DNA of 64,000 nucleotides from Octopus bimaculoides (lineage: Eukaryota): positions 39,950,422 to 40,014,421 of the forward strand of contig NC_068998.1 in NCBI RefSeq assembly GCF_001194135.2, written 5' to 3'. The translations under genes were made by a program, and so were the position numbers. Positions 47,945 through 60,457 of this stretch are shown here, piece by piece. The notes under the pieces are model-generated. The model ran no database searches and was not told where the DNA came from. It was given only the letters and a program-made list of their open reading frames with translations. Positions within the stretch are counted from its first letter, which is position 1, and each line of letters starts with the position of its first letter.

Positions 47945-48745
47945 TTGTTGTTGTCATTGTTATTGTTGTTTGATTTGACTCAGGTTTGGTCTTATTACCA
48001 GTAGGGTTTATGTGGGTAGCTGATTACTACCTATCAAGTACTCAAAACCCTTCTGATAATCTTTCATGTGCCTCAGAGGCCAACATTCTACAGAAGCTCT
48101 ACAGGACATTCCATTTCAATCACCTTCAACCATCTGTCAATATCATTACTCACAGTCCGTCATGCACCAATTATTGACACAAGCTTTACAGTTTTCATAT
48201 TCCAAATTCTCACAATTTCAAATTTTAAGGGATTATATTTAAAAAAATTTTCATCTTTCTTTACAATCCTGGAATCAAATGGGCATGAGGGACCAATTAG
48301 TAAACAACTTTGCTTTTCCTTGTCTATTATTGTTATATCTGGTTTATTATTTTCTATCTTCTTATCAATTTGAATTGGAAAATCCCATAAAATCTTGCAT
48401 TTCTGCGACTCAAACACTCTTTTTACCTGATGATTACACCAAGTACTTTCAGCTTCAAGCCTTCATTTCTGACAAAGCTTCCAGTGCAAAACTTTCACAA
48501 CTTAGTCATGTCTCTACTTCTTATATTCTCTCTGAGCCAAATCGGGACATTCTGCAACTATGTGTGCCATTGTCTCATCCCGAATTCCACACACTCTGCA
48601 TTTTGCTGACACCTCCTCCTCATATCCATATTTTCTCAAGCTGTTTGTCTTGGTTCCACATACATCCTCAGTGGCTTTCCAAAACTGACCATGCAAAGAT
48701 TCTTCTTCTTCTTCTCCTCCTCCTTTTGTTTTCAAGTTGGTAAGG
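47945..48745 (-). mobile_element. R4/Dong-like RLE non-LTR retrotransposon, 3' end
   Basis: LHGQFW, CCHC knuckle CRVCGIRDETMAHIVAEC (48547-48600), HDKVVKVLHW, KILWDFPIQIDKKIENNKPDITIIDKEKQSCLLI.PSCPFD (restriction-like endonuclease), K..KY..LKFEIVRIWNM, and an (AAC/AAT)-rich tail. Confidence 0.88.
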
Positions 48746-49288
48746 AATTATTTGAGATTTGAGGGAGATTTATTTCGCTTGCTATATGCAGCAGCGGAAC
48801 GAAAGAGACGATGATCACAGCTGGAACACCTTTGATAGTAGGTTTGCTCAATCTTGGTCGGTAATTTTAGTTGTTCCAGCCATGACCTTCATACTGAGCC
48901 AGGCTGTGCACATATGCTATCTTGCAACATATACTGTGTCCCATATCCCAGCGTATATCAATGACTAGTATTTATTTTTCAACGTCTGTCTGTTGAGAGA
49001 GGAGTTGACTCCATTGGGATTTGAACTAAAGAACCAAGTGATGTGAAAGTAAATACTGCAAATGTACTCAGACTCTGAAAGCTTCACTTTGATAGCGATT
49101 GTGTGACATTTTATGAAGATAGTCACTGGAACTGGAAAGTTAATGATGGCCTGGAGTCAACGTGATTCAGATAGCAAATATAAATAAGAAATGTATGTTG
49201 GCGAAGGAGAGATGAAGAGACTAATGTTTTGTTGTTGAAACAAGTCCCCCTCCTCCCACAAAGAAATGTGAGACAGACTGTATGTTTG

Positions 49289-49321
<33 letters not shown>

Positions 49322-50959
49322 ATGTGTATATATATATATATATATATATACACACAAACACACCATCTAACACATACACATATATACACATACATGCAGA
49401 CAGACCCTCACATAAACACACATTCACTCACATTACATACATACTCTCACACACACACAAACACATACACACATTATGTACACATGAATATATTTAAATA
49501 AAGATACTGTGCAAGTGATGATAGTGTTCCAAAGCTGAAGACAGAAATCTTTCTCAGAAACAGTGAAATGGAGACAAAAACCAGAGTATCAGAACTCAAG
49601 ATTCTATGCCATTCGTTGTTCACTATTATCGTTTTACTGTAACATTAAAACCAGGAGTTCTAGAAGGTTATGCTGAGAAAACATCAATGATTTATCATAT
49701 ATTATATTAACAAAAATATATCTTGTATTACAATTTTCTCTCCCTTCAGGAAATTCTATTTATATATTAATATTTTTAAGTTGTGAATTAAAATTAAAAA
49801 TAAAGCCTAGGTGTAGGGAGGCTGTGTGGTTAAGAATCTTGCTTCCCAACCATGTCATCATGGATTCAGTCCCACTACATGACATCTTAGGCAAGTGTCA
49901 TCTACTTTAGCCCTGAGCCAATCAAAGCCATGTCAATGGATTTGGTAGATGGAAACTAAAAGAAGCCTGTTGTGTGTGTGTGTGTGTATATATATATGTG
50001 TGTGTGTGTGCATTTATGTTGCGTTTCTCTCACATCCTGCTTGACAACTGGTGTTGGTTTGTTTATGTCCTCACAACTTAGCCGTTCAGTTAAAGAGATG
50101 TACAGAAAAAGTGCCAATTTGGGTGGGGGGGGCTTTAATAAATAGTATATATAGGCATTGGAGCTCGGTTTGTCAGATCCTGTTAAACCATCCAGTCCAT
50201 GCTACTATGGAAGATGAACATTAAATGATGTTATACATGTATTATATATATTTCTTTGTAGTATTGTTTTCATTTCTTTCTCTTTTTTTGTTATGGTGAG
50301 GAGATTGGTTAATAGCTGGTGTTTCATTTTAATTTCAATCGAGAGATCTCTAGCTTGATAGAAGCCAGAATCATGTTAATGTGTGTTATGAGTATGTGTG
50401 TGGGGGAGAGAGAAAGAGACTGTTGTAGAAATCAAACACAATTACATTTTCATACATTCATATTTATTTACAATACACATTAAATCTCCCCTGTCACTCC
50501 CAATCACCCACTTTCCTGGCAACTGATTCGTTTATACATCACTCATATTGTTTTAACTCACTCTCATACAGCTTTCTCTGTCAATGCAAGCATTTTGTCT
50601 CTACAATTTACATACAAACTCATTTTCTCATCCAATCTCTTAAATTTTCACATGTCCACAACCCACAACAACATATTTACGCATTTGAGGACATATCTAC
50701 ACGCTTACTGAAATGGCTGGACATAGCTGCTGGATCTCCCTCAAATTACATCCTGCCATTTTACGAAAGGAAGATGAAGTGAATTATGAATGGTGGGGTG
50801 CTGAGAAAATGATGTAATGAACATGACAAGACCACCTTTGGTTAAGCAACTGTACTTGTTCTCTTTCTGACCCCATCCCCCATCCTGTTTCATGTGCTCT
50901 CTTCCCAGAAAGCATATACATGCCTATAAGTCTTCTTATTGATACATTCATACAAACTA

Positions 50960-51086
50960 CAGGGTGTCCACAAAGTCTGGGTACATGGGGGTTAACACAT
51001 ACTTTAAGAAATTATTATTTCTTATATTTAATTGTTTAAGTTATGATTTTATTTACTCCATGTACCTAGACTTTGTGGACACCCTG
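50960..51086. mobile_element. Tc1/mariner-type MITE, 127 bp
   Basis: 29-bp TIRs CAGGGTGTCCACAAAGTCT(G/A)GGTACATGG with 1 mismatch; TA on both sides (50958-59, 51087-88). Confidence 0.92.
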
Positions 51087-52275
51087 TAGTATGTGTTCAT
51101 CTATGTATCATCTATCTTTCTAGATGTCTATTTGTCTATATTTGCAATAATTCCCCTTTATTCAAATGTTTGTGTATGTACATACACACACACACACACA
51201 TAATTAATTTTTAAAAAAAGGAGGACAAAAATGACAAGAAAAATACAGTGCGAGGACGTGGTACATGCAAAGACCTGCATATATACACAACTCATGCATA
51301 CACGCTTAATTGTCACTCACAAGTGAGTGTGACCTGGCAGCTTGTACCATGCTTTTGCTAATTGTTTTAGATGCCTATGTAACCACAAGGAGAGTTAGAC
51401 ACACACTCGCCCCCACCTCACTTGATCCAAGGGAGCATTGAAGATGTGCAATTTGTTAGCTGTAGGGAAAAGAGCTGCTTCAGCACCAAGCTGGTACTAA
51501 CTTTCTGCTCAGTAGACTGAAATAATGTGAAATTAGGTGCTTTTCTTAAGCAAGAGGTCAACACCATAACCTTTAAGCCATGTACCTAGTGGTTATTGTG
51601 TTGACCAAGCTTTGAAGTCACTGTCAACCTTTTCTTTGTAAAAACTTAAGCCTTTAACATTCAGGTTACACTGCCAAATTTAATGCTTATTTATTGATAT
51701 TGATTTGAATAACCATGCATTATGTCCTAGCTTCAAGAATTTGGTGATATAACTGTTAATTTTTAGAATGTCATTGTAGGGTTAGTGTGAGAGGCCATAT
51801 TCAGCCAGTTTGAACATAAAACATATAGAAAACTTTGGCTGGATATAGCCAGTTTAAATGCTAAATGGTTAATTAAACAGGTATTCTATTCTCCACTGAA
51901 AAGTATTGAGTAATCGTTCAGTTTCATGTTAAATTGTTTTTATACATAACTTAACATAAAGAAGCATATATATTTCATGTACACTAAGAAGCTTTTGACT
52001 TCAGTGCTCACATACATATACGGTCACTGTACACTTGTTAATGTGAAGATAAATCTATAGAACACTGGACAAAATGCCTTGAGTTATTTTCTTTTAGTTA
52101 TACATCCCTTTACATTTGCACTTCGAATTCTCCTGAGGTTTACTTTGACATTCATGCTTGAGTGGTTGATAAAACAAATTACCAGCCAAGTACTGGGGTC
52201 AGTTTAATCAGCTGTTACCTCCCTTGAAATGTGTGGCCTTCTGCCAATGTTAGAAACCATTATTATGTACTCATT

Positions 52276-52314
<39 letters not shown>

Positions 52315-52533
52315 NNNNNNNNNNNNNNNNNNNNNNNNNNNNNNNNNNNNNNNNNNNNNNNNNNNNNNNNNNNNNNNNNNNNNNNNNNNNNNNNNNNNNN
52401 NNNNNNNNNNNNNNNNNNNNNNNNNNNNNNNNNNNNNNNNNNNNNNNNNNNNNNNNNNNNNNNNNNNNNNNNNNNNNNNNNNNNNNNNNNNNNNNNNNNN
52501 NNNNNNNNNNNNNNNNNNNNNNNNNNNNNNNNN
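52315..52533. other. Assembly gap (219 N) after a (TA)n run
   Basis: Seen directly. Confidence 0.99.
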
Positions 52534-53980
52534 GCGTAATGTTCTAACTGATGAGAAAATGATGGGGGTAGAGAAAACGATAAGAAGTCAAGCTGGTTCT
52601 ATTTCTCAGGAATGTGTTGTTCTCTTCCGAAATGGAAGTCCTGATTGTCTATTTCTGAATATGTTCCTGTATTCCTTTCAGATTCTTCACTTCCATTCTT
52701 CTTTCTTTTTCCAGCCTGCCAGTCACTCATCATCTCATGCCACGCCCCTCTCTCTCTCGCTCTCTCATACATTTTATAACATAGGGAATAACCCGGGTGG
52801 TATTGTCTGTTTTAAGAAAAGGAAGTGATCAGGGGACAGCAACATTTTCTCTTCTGGGTTTTTGGGTTGTCTTACTCTCTTCTTTATATATATATATTTA
52901 TGTGTGTGTGTGTGTGTGTGTATTTTAATATTTCACTTAGGTGCTGTGATACTAATAACCTGGTGCAGAACTCAATATACCTGTGCTTCAGAATGAAGGG
53001 TTAGTTGAGTGCAGAGTGGTAATAAGAAATTGAGATGACAAAGGAATAAACGATTGTCTTATGAACTTCATTAGCTTGCAGTTGTTTCTGCTATAAAGAT
53101 GCAGTGGACTCATAGTTGAGTGCCTGAGTACCACCTTATAGACAAAAAGTATATGTGGGGGTGGGAATGATAAAATTGTATTCTCAAGAAGAAAATCGAT
53201 GGAACATCCTGATGTTTATGAAATGAAGGAAGGGCACAACTTGATAAAATGGCGTAATTACAAATGTATTAAATTTATAACTTGCTATATTGTAAGTTGT
53301 AGGTTTTCACGTAGACAAGAGTAGAGTTAAATATTTAAAGATTATTCTGTATAACTCTAGGGAGCATTTGTTAAGGAACATTTTTCCAAAACAATCTTCA
53401 GACAAATGAATGAATTTTGCATGTATACACACAAAGTTAACCTCAGTGTGCAGATAGCATGAATGGATACTGTTAGGCATTCCATCTGATGTTTTAATGG
53501 CTCTACCAATATGTGTGTGCACAGACATGCACACGCACGCATGCATATGCACACACACTTGAATAAGCATGAAGCTAGTATAGAAGTTACTTGTTCTTAA
53601 TGGAACACTGTAGAATTGAACCAGGTGCCTCATGACTGGGAAATGATCTCAACTATTCAACCATATCTGCACCAAACATAAACTGCAATTGCATATAACA
53701 CATGGTATTGAAAACACTTTAGTAGAATATAGCAAGTCAACATCACCATGCATGCACATATTTGCATGCACACACACCCACACACACATCTTTTCTTTGC
53801 TTGACTGAAATGTAATCATTTTTCTTTATTTCAGTCACATACACACATGTGTACGTGCACACACACACATACATACACACACAATTATTTGCAGGATCCA
53901 ATAGAACTGAGGTATTTTAATAATGACACCAAGATAGTCAAGAACAGCATACCTGTGTATCAACAATGTGTATAGACAGT

Positions 53981-54051
<71 letters not shown>

Positions 54052-54941
54052 TCGTGTGTGTGTGTGTTACCGATAATGAAAAATACATCAGCAAAAGAAA
54101 CAAACAAAAAGACCCTTCACTACTATGTATCTTAATTAATATTTGTTGATATTCTTCATTGGAGTTTTGAACTCTTGATCTACAAGGCCATGACTTCACC
54201 TTAATTCCAGTCAGCTAGTTGACCCAGTTGCTGTAACAGCAGCAACAACAACAACAATAGCAGCAATGGCTACATCATCCCTATTCCACTCTCTCACTGT
54301 ACTCCCTACCTCAACTCCTTGTTTTTAACTTCTTAAACCCTGACCCCACCATGAATCTCAAATGTTTATTTACTTAACATTTCAGTAACAAACACACACT
54401 AGCATTCTGTTCCCATATTCGCCCCTTTATTCTCTCTCTTTTGCTTTAATCATAAACTTGTCCCACCTGACCCTCCATCCCTCCCTCCCCATAGCTGTTC
54501 TTTTCCACTTTGTGCTAAAATATAAAATACCTTAGTACTATTGAAAGGCAAGTGTGGTGTTTAGAGCTAGAGGTAATAAATATTAGTTGTGATTGTGTGT
54601 GGAGCAAGTTGTTTGAGGACACAAATGGTGTAAAAAGAAACCAAAATGGAGAGAGAGAGAGAGTGGGGAGGAGAGAAACAGAATTAAATACCTTGATATA
54701 GGTGAGGATTTGAATGATAGAGTCTGGAGACGCGCGTGTGTGTACTGCACTCTTTACCTGTGTATATAAACAAAATTCATTCTTTTACATATACATTGGC
54801 CTAATGCATACACACATGCATGCACACATGCACATACACACAGTATAACCCATGAGAGGACCTTCCCTCTTTTTTTTTGTCAGACCTTAGATTTGTACCT
54901 CTAAATGCCTTATATAATTTACAAACACTGTCTACATCATG

Positions 54942-55352
54942 TACTCTTTTACTCTTTTACTTGTTTCAGTCATTTGACTGCGGCCATGCTGGAGCACCGC
55001 CTTTAGTCGAGCAAATCAACCCCAAGACTTATTCTTTGGAAGTCTAGTACTTATTCTATGGGTCTCTTTTGCCAAACCGCTAAGTTACAGGGACGTAAGC
55101 ACACCAGCATCGGTTGTCAAGCGATGTTGGGGGGGACAAACACAGACACAAACATATACATACACATACATATATATAGACATATATACAACAGGCTTCT
55201 TTCAGTTTCCGTCTACCAAATCCACTCACAAGGCTTTGGTCGGCCCGAGGCTATAGTAGAAGACACTTGCCCAAGGTACCACGCAGTGGGAATGAACCCG
55301 GGACCATGTGGTTGGTAAGCAAGCTACTTACCACACAGCCACTCCTGCGCCT
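54942..55352 (-). mobile_element. Full-length, little-diverged family-A SINE with an alternative tail ending (AAAAGAGT)n
   Basis: Head aggcgcaggagtggctgtgtggtaag..., CORE-like ccttgggcaagtgtcttc, internal TA/CA run, then ...ggcggtgctccagcatggccgcagtcaaatgactgaaacaagtaaaagagtaaaagagta. CpGs are intact. Confidence 0.9.
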
Positions 55353-55889
55353 ATAGTTAAATATTTATTAGTGTGTGTGTGTGTGTCTGTATATGTCTAA
55401 AGAGAAAGATAGATAGATAGATATTCGTTCCTTTAATTTTGGATTTTCTCATATGAGCATGGGTTGGATGAGTACTTTGTGAGACTGCATTTTACAGTTG
55501 AATGTTCTTCCTATTGCCAACCCTTATCTGTTTTTCAATTTTCAAGTCAGGAATTTTTTTTTTCCATTGATCTTTGAAAGTGCGTAATGACTGTCTGTAA
55601 TGTCACCAAAGTATATGATCATCATATCACTGGTTTCACTCAGCAAGTGACTGGCAAACATGTGGAATGTTAACATTCTTGCATGTACACACATACACAC
55701 ACACTCACACACACACACACACTCACACACACACACGTGCATGCATACATGCATGCATGCATACATGCATACATACATAAGTGCAGGCATGGCTGTGTGG
55801 TTAAGGAGCTTGCTTTGCAACCATGTGCTTTCAGGTTCATTCCCACTGCACAGCACCTTGGGCTAGTGTCTTCTATTTTTGTTGCTGAT

Positions 55890-56312
55890 AGAGGCACAAG
55901 ACCAGAGATATGGGAAGAGGGGATTAATCAATAATTTCCCAATTATTGATTGATACTTTATTCTATCAACCCAGGGTGATGAAAGCAAAGTTAATTTCAG
56001 TAGAATTTGAACTCAGAACATAAAGAACTGAAGCAAATACTGTAAAGCATTTTTTTTTGCAACACTAATGATTTTTGCTTCCTTGCAATCCCTTAATAAG
56101 AATAATACTTTCTACAACAGGCAGAAGGCCTGAAATTTGGGGGAGGGAGATAGTTGATTACATCGACCCCAGTACTCAACTGGTACTTATTTTATCAACT
56201 CTTAAAGGATGAAAGGCAAAATCAAACTTGGCGGAATTTGAACTCAGAACATAATGATGGAGGAAATGCAGTTAAGCTTTATGCCCAGCTTGCTAACAAT
56301 TCTGCCAGCTCG
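55890..56312 (-). mobile_element. Two head-to-tail family-B SINEs followed by (AAT)n (about 56312-56342)
   Basis: Same unit as the other arrays; the right copy is better conserved. Confidence 0.88.
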
Positions 56313-56949
56313 CAATAATAATAATAATAATAATAATAATAATTGCACAAGACTGGTAAATTTTTTACCCAATATCATCCAAACTTTTAACATATAAAAA
56401 CAAAAGGGAAATTTTCTTTCTGTACGATCACTATTTGAATATATTTTTTCACTAGTTATCACTAATACTATAATTGCCACTATCTGAAAGAAATAGTGTT
56501 GCTATGTATCCATGTTTATCAACATTCTACTGCATTTCATGTTTCATATAACTGATTTCATTTTTCATACAGCCCACATTTCGATTGCATTTTGTTTTTC
56601 TTCGTTTGTGTGTGTGCGTGTGGAACTGATTTCATTTATTTTTTGTCTGTAACTCCTATTGGTATTGCATTTCATTTTTCACATAACTGATCTTGTTTGT
56701 CAAATAAACCATAGCTCACACAACATATAACTAAAAATATTTGATAAAAGAAAGCAAAAGTTTTTTAAATGCTTAAAAAAAAATTTTGTTTAGTAATTAT
56801 TGATAAAAAAAAAATCAGATTTCCCATCTTCAGTGGTTTCAAAGAAAGCAGAACAAACACTCAAGCAATCAATTAAGCAAACTGTGGTTGGGGTATTTTG
56901 GAGAGGAGGATGTGGAAATAAGACTGGGGTATAATGGTTGTAGTGCATA

Positions 56950-56982
<33 letters not shown>

Positions 56983-57152
56983 TTAATGTATACTCATACA
57001 AAAGCACAGTGTTTGTGTGTATGTGTGTGTGCATACACACACTCATAAGCATCATTACCATCATCACACTCATTTCTTTTGTCTGCTTTTCCATGCTGGC
57101 ATGGGTCGGTTCTGACAAATCCTTACTTACTTGCTTTTGCCCTTTGCTGTCT

Positions 57153-57414
57153 CTCAGATACAGCAACAGAAATCTGCCAGTTTTTGTGATTGTTTGTGTC
57201 TTTTATTTTTGCATTATATTATTTATTATTATTAGTTTGGTGTGATTTTAACCAACCACTTTGAATGAATGAAGTGACTCAGATACAGCAACAGAAAACT
57301 GCTAGTTTTTGTGATTGTCTGTGTCTTCTTTTATTTTTGCATTATTATTATTATTATTATTATTATTAGTTTGGTGTGATTTTAACCAACCACTTTACAG
57401 TATGAAAGAAGTAA
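57153..57414 (+). repeat. Tandem duplication of about 125 bp ending in the microexon
   Basis: ctcagatacagcaacagaaa...ttagtttggtgtgattttaaccaaccacttt begins at 57153 and again at 57278. Confidence 0.9.
57401..57410 (+). CDS. Candidate 10-nt microexon (TATGAAAGAA)
   Basis: ttttaaccaaccactttacag| acceptor with a TTAAC branch-like motif, and perfect donor |GTAAGT. Confidence 0.4.
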
Positions 57415-58878
57415 GTTTTATCATTCTACTGACACTCGAGATCTGTTGCCTGTGGTTGCCAGATAATTTTCATGAATTTTACTGGATAATTTTCTAAAAT
57501 TTACCAAGAATTCTTGGATTTTTACCAATTAAATATCAAAACATATAAATAACTTTATTCTATATTAAAAACTTGTTCTCTTTATTTTTCATTGGTATAT
57601 ATTTAGTTTTTTGAATTTTTTGTACAATTTTTCTGGTAGTTACATTATGTACATGTCATATTTTTTTTCTGTATAAGAAAGTATTTAGTGTTTCACTACA
57701 TAGCCAGTAATGTTTGTTTTTTTTTTCTTCTTCTAATCTTTATATACTGTATACCAAAGAAAACAGCCTTTATGAAGCAGGTGAAAAATGATATTAAATT
57801 TGTCATTATCTTCAATATAAATGGGAAACCTAAGTTGTTTCTACATTTTTCTTGAGAATTACAATACAGTATTTCTTTAGTTCTGATATTTCATTCTTTT
57901 GCAAAGTTAACTCTCACCATTCTCTATTGATTTCTTTCGGGTCTTTTTCTTCAATAATATTAGCAAATTTCATGGCCAGTGAGATATTTGAAGATAGCTA
58001 TCCTTGAGGCACATTTTTCTAGATCTAAAATTGCTAATAATTGTAAATTAGTGAACATATTAGATGAAATAAAATAATTTATACACTAAATTGCATAGTT
58101 TCTCATAAGTTCAATGTCACGAGTTGAAATTCTTCAAAATACTTTCAGTTCTTATTCCACAATATATTTCACTTGAGGGAATGTAAATTGAAGGATCATT
58201 GATGTAAACTTTCAACATATCTCTGTTATTTTTGTATTAGCTCTTTTTTCTTTTCATAAAATTAACAAGGATACCATTCATCCTGTGGCCTCTGAATTCT
58301 AAAACTCTCTACTTGAAACTCTAAGTTGATTTTATTTATAAATTTGTACAGGCATGGCTTCCCAAGCATATGGTCCTGGGTTCAGTCCCGCTGCATGGAA
58401 CTTTGGGCCAGTGTCTTCTACTCTAGCCCCAGGCTGACCAAAGTGGATTTGGTAGACTGAAACTGAAAGAAGGCCCTTGTATATATGTACTTGTGTGTGT
58501 TTGTGTCTCTTTGTCTTAACATCACATAATGGTTGTAAATGAGTGTTGCTGTCATACAAGTAATGTCATTCATTCATTTCCAGTATTCTATGACAATGTG
58601 TCTGGGGAAATATTACCTTACTTGGAAACAAGTAAGAGTTGATGACAAGAAGAGGATCTGCCTCAAATAAACTCTAGCCTATGTAAGCATGGAAAAGTGG
58701 ATATTAAATACTGTTGCTGCTGCTGATGATGATGATTATGGTGGTGGTGGTGGCAGTGGCGGCGGCGGCGGTAGCAGCAGCAGTGGCTTCTGTGGTGGTA
58801 GTGGTGGTGCTGGCAGAATAAGAGTCAGAAATGCAAAGTACATTTTTACAATTGGCATATGTGAACCTCATGTTACAG

Positions 58879-58911
58879 ATACTGAAATTATCCAATCTTC
58901 TCCAACTGAAG
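58879..58911 (+). CDS. Candidate 33-nt exon (xTEIIQSSPTE+G)
   Basis: catgttacag| acceptor and AAG|GTAAAG donor; phase 1->1, compatible with the microexon read as phase 0->1. Confidence 0.4.
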
Positions 58912-59447
58912 GTAAAGAATAAAACAAGTACTGATCATTGATTGATTCAGTAGTCTTTCTCTCCCTTGCTGATGGGATAGCCTTCAAGTATAGGCTATGA
59001 TGTAAACTCTTTTTGCATCTGACTGGGTAAATTCCTGAAATTCTAAATATTCAGATAATGTCTTTGGACTGTTTGATAATTATGAATAAATAATTCTAGT
59101 CAGCTCCTCTAAGGAAGCTGGAAGTTTGGAGCATGTGTAGAATGCATGTAAATGTAATGACTGGTGTATACAGCCATGTGTAAAGAGATATGGCTCTTTC
59201 TGCTTCAGGAGATTTTGAACACCGATTTTTAACTCTACCACTAACACTTGCATGGCCTATCAGATTTTTAAATGGGATGCCATGCTTTCAAAGAAATTTA
59301 CTTTAGAATTGTAATGCCTTGGGCAGTACAGCAATTAATTTTTAAAAGCATTAAAAGCTTGTCAACTATATTTTTTTGTTAATACGGTTATCATAAAATC
59401 TAGCTATTAGAACAAGTTTTCTTTCTTTTTTTTTTTTTGTTTTGTAG

Positions 59448-59497
59448 GTACATCTGTATTTTCATCAATAATTAATAAAAAATTTAATATTCTTTAA
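59448..59497 (+). CDS. Candidate terminal exon of gene B (GTSVFSSIINKKFNIL*)
   Basis: Very strong T-rich acceptor ...ttttttttgttttgtag|G in phase 1; stop at 59495-59497. Confidence 0.35.
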
Positions 59498-60169
59498 TTG
59501 TGCTGCAAGAACTTCCCTGTATTTTTCTTCACTAGTGACATTACAAAAAAAAACTAAAAATAGCAATAATAATAATAACTTCCTTTTGTCCTACACATTT
59601 GACCTTCTTGTTACCATATTTCTGTTGAAACACACCGAGTTTGTTTCAATTAATTTTAAAAATAATGAATAATTTAGTAAAATAACTTTGTCATTATGAA
59701 GTTGGTATTTGGCACATAAATTAATGTGAAATTTTAGTGGAAGATTTTAGTTTAAGTCATTTTAAAGCTGAGAGTTTGTATCATAAAACCAGGGGTGGTC
59801 TTGGATGGGTTCATATCAAAAGGGTTAATTCACTTGCTAATTTTAGAATCAGAGTATGCATTAGATCGAAAATCGGGACGATGATTTAGTATTTAAAAGA
59901 GGAGATTGTGTGGAAGCCATATGAGACATGTTATATGAAGTTGTAAAAAGCATTAATGGTAGAGAGTAATATGAGAGGGATTTGGCTGTGATTTCTAATT
60001 ACATAGGACTTCATCATTGGCTTGCAGCACCATAGAATCTTGGCAGAATCCTTAGAGTGTCAGAAAAATGCTGTGCAGTGATTTGTTCAAGCTTTTTTAT
60101 ATTCTGAGTTCAAATCCAGCTTAGGTCAACTTTGTCTTATCAATTCCAGTCAAGTGTTGGAATTGATAT

Positions 60170-60457
60170 AATTTCGAGCGAGATCATTGCCAGATCATTA
60201 CGTGCAGGTGGTACGTAAAATACACCATTTCGAGCATGGCCATCGCCAGTACCGCCTGACTGGCCCTCGTGCCCGTGGCACATAAAACACCCACTACACT
60301 CTCGGAGTGGTTGGCATTAGGAAGGGTATCCAGCTGTAGAAACTCTGCCAAATCAGATTGGAGCCTGGTGTCGCCTCCTGGTCCACCAGTCCTCAGTCAA
60401 ATCGTCCAACCCATGCTAGCATGGAAAGCGGACGTTAAACGATGATGATGATGATGA
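60170..60457 (+). mobile_element. Young RTE LINE 3' UTR fragment with (GAT)n tail
   Basis: Collinear with 2540-2880, with CpGs intact. Confidence 0.9.

Noticed and set aside
52534-52590. CTGATGAG...GAAAC as a second hammerhead
   Set aside because: No stem II or stem I complementarity.
57700-58300. Possible minus-strand hAT C-terminal remnant (..ELKKYCIVIL.. / ..RLFSLVY)
   Set aside because: Only weak motif resemblance amid many stops.
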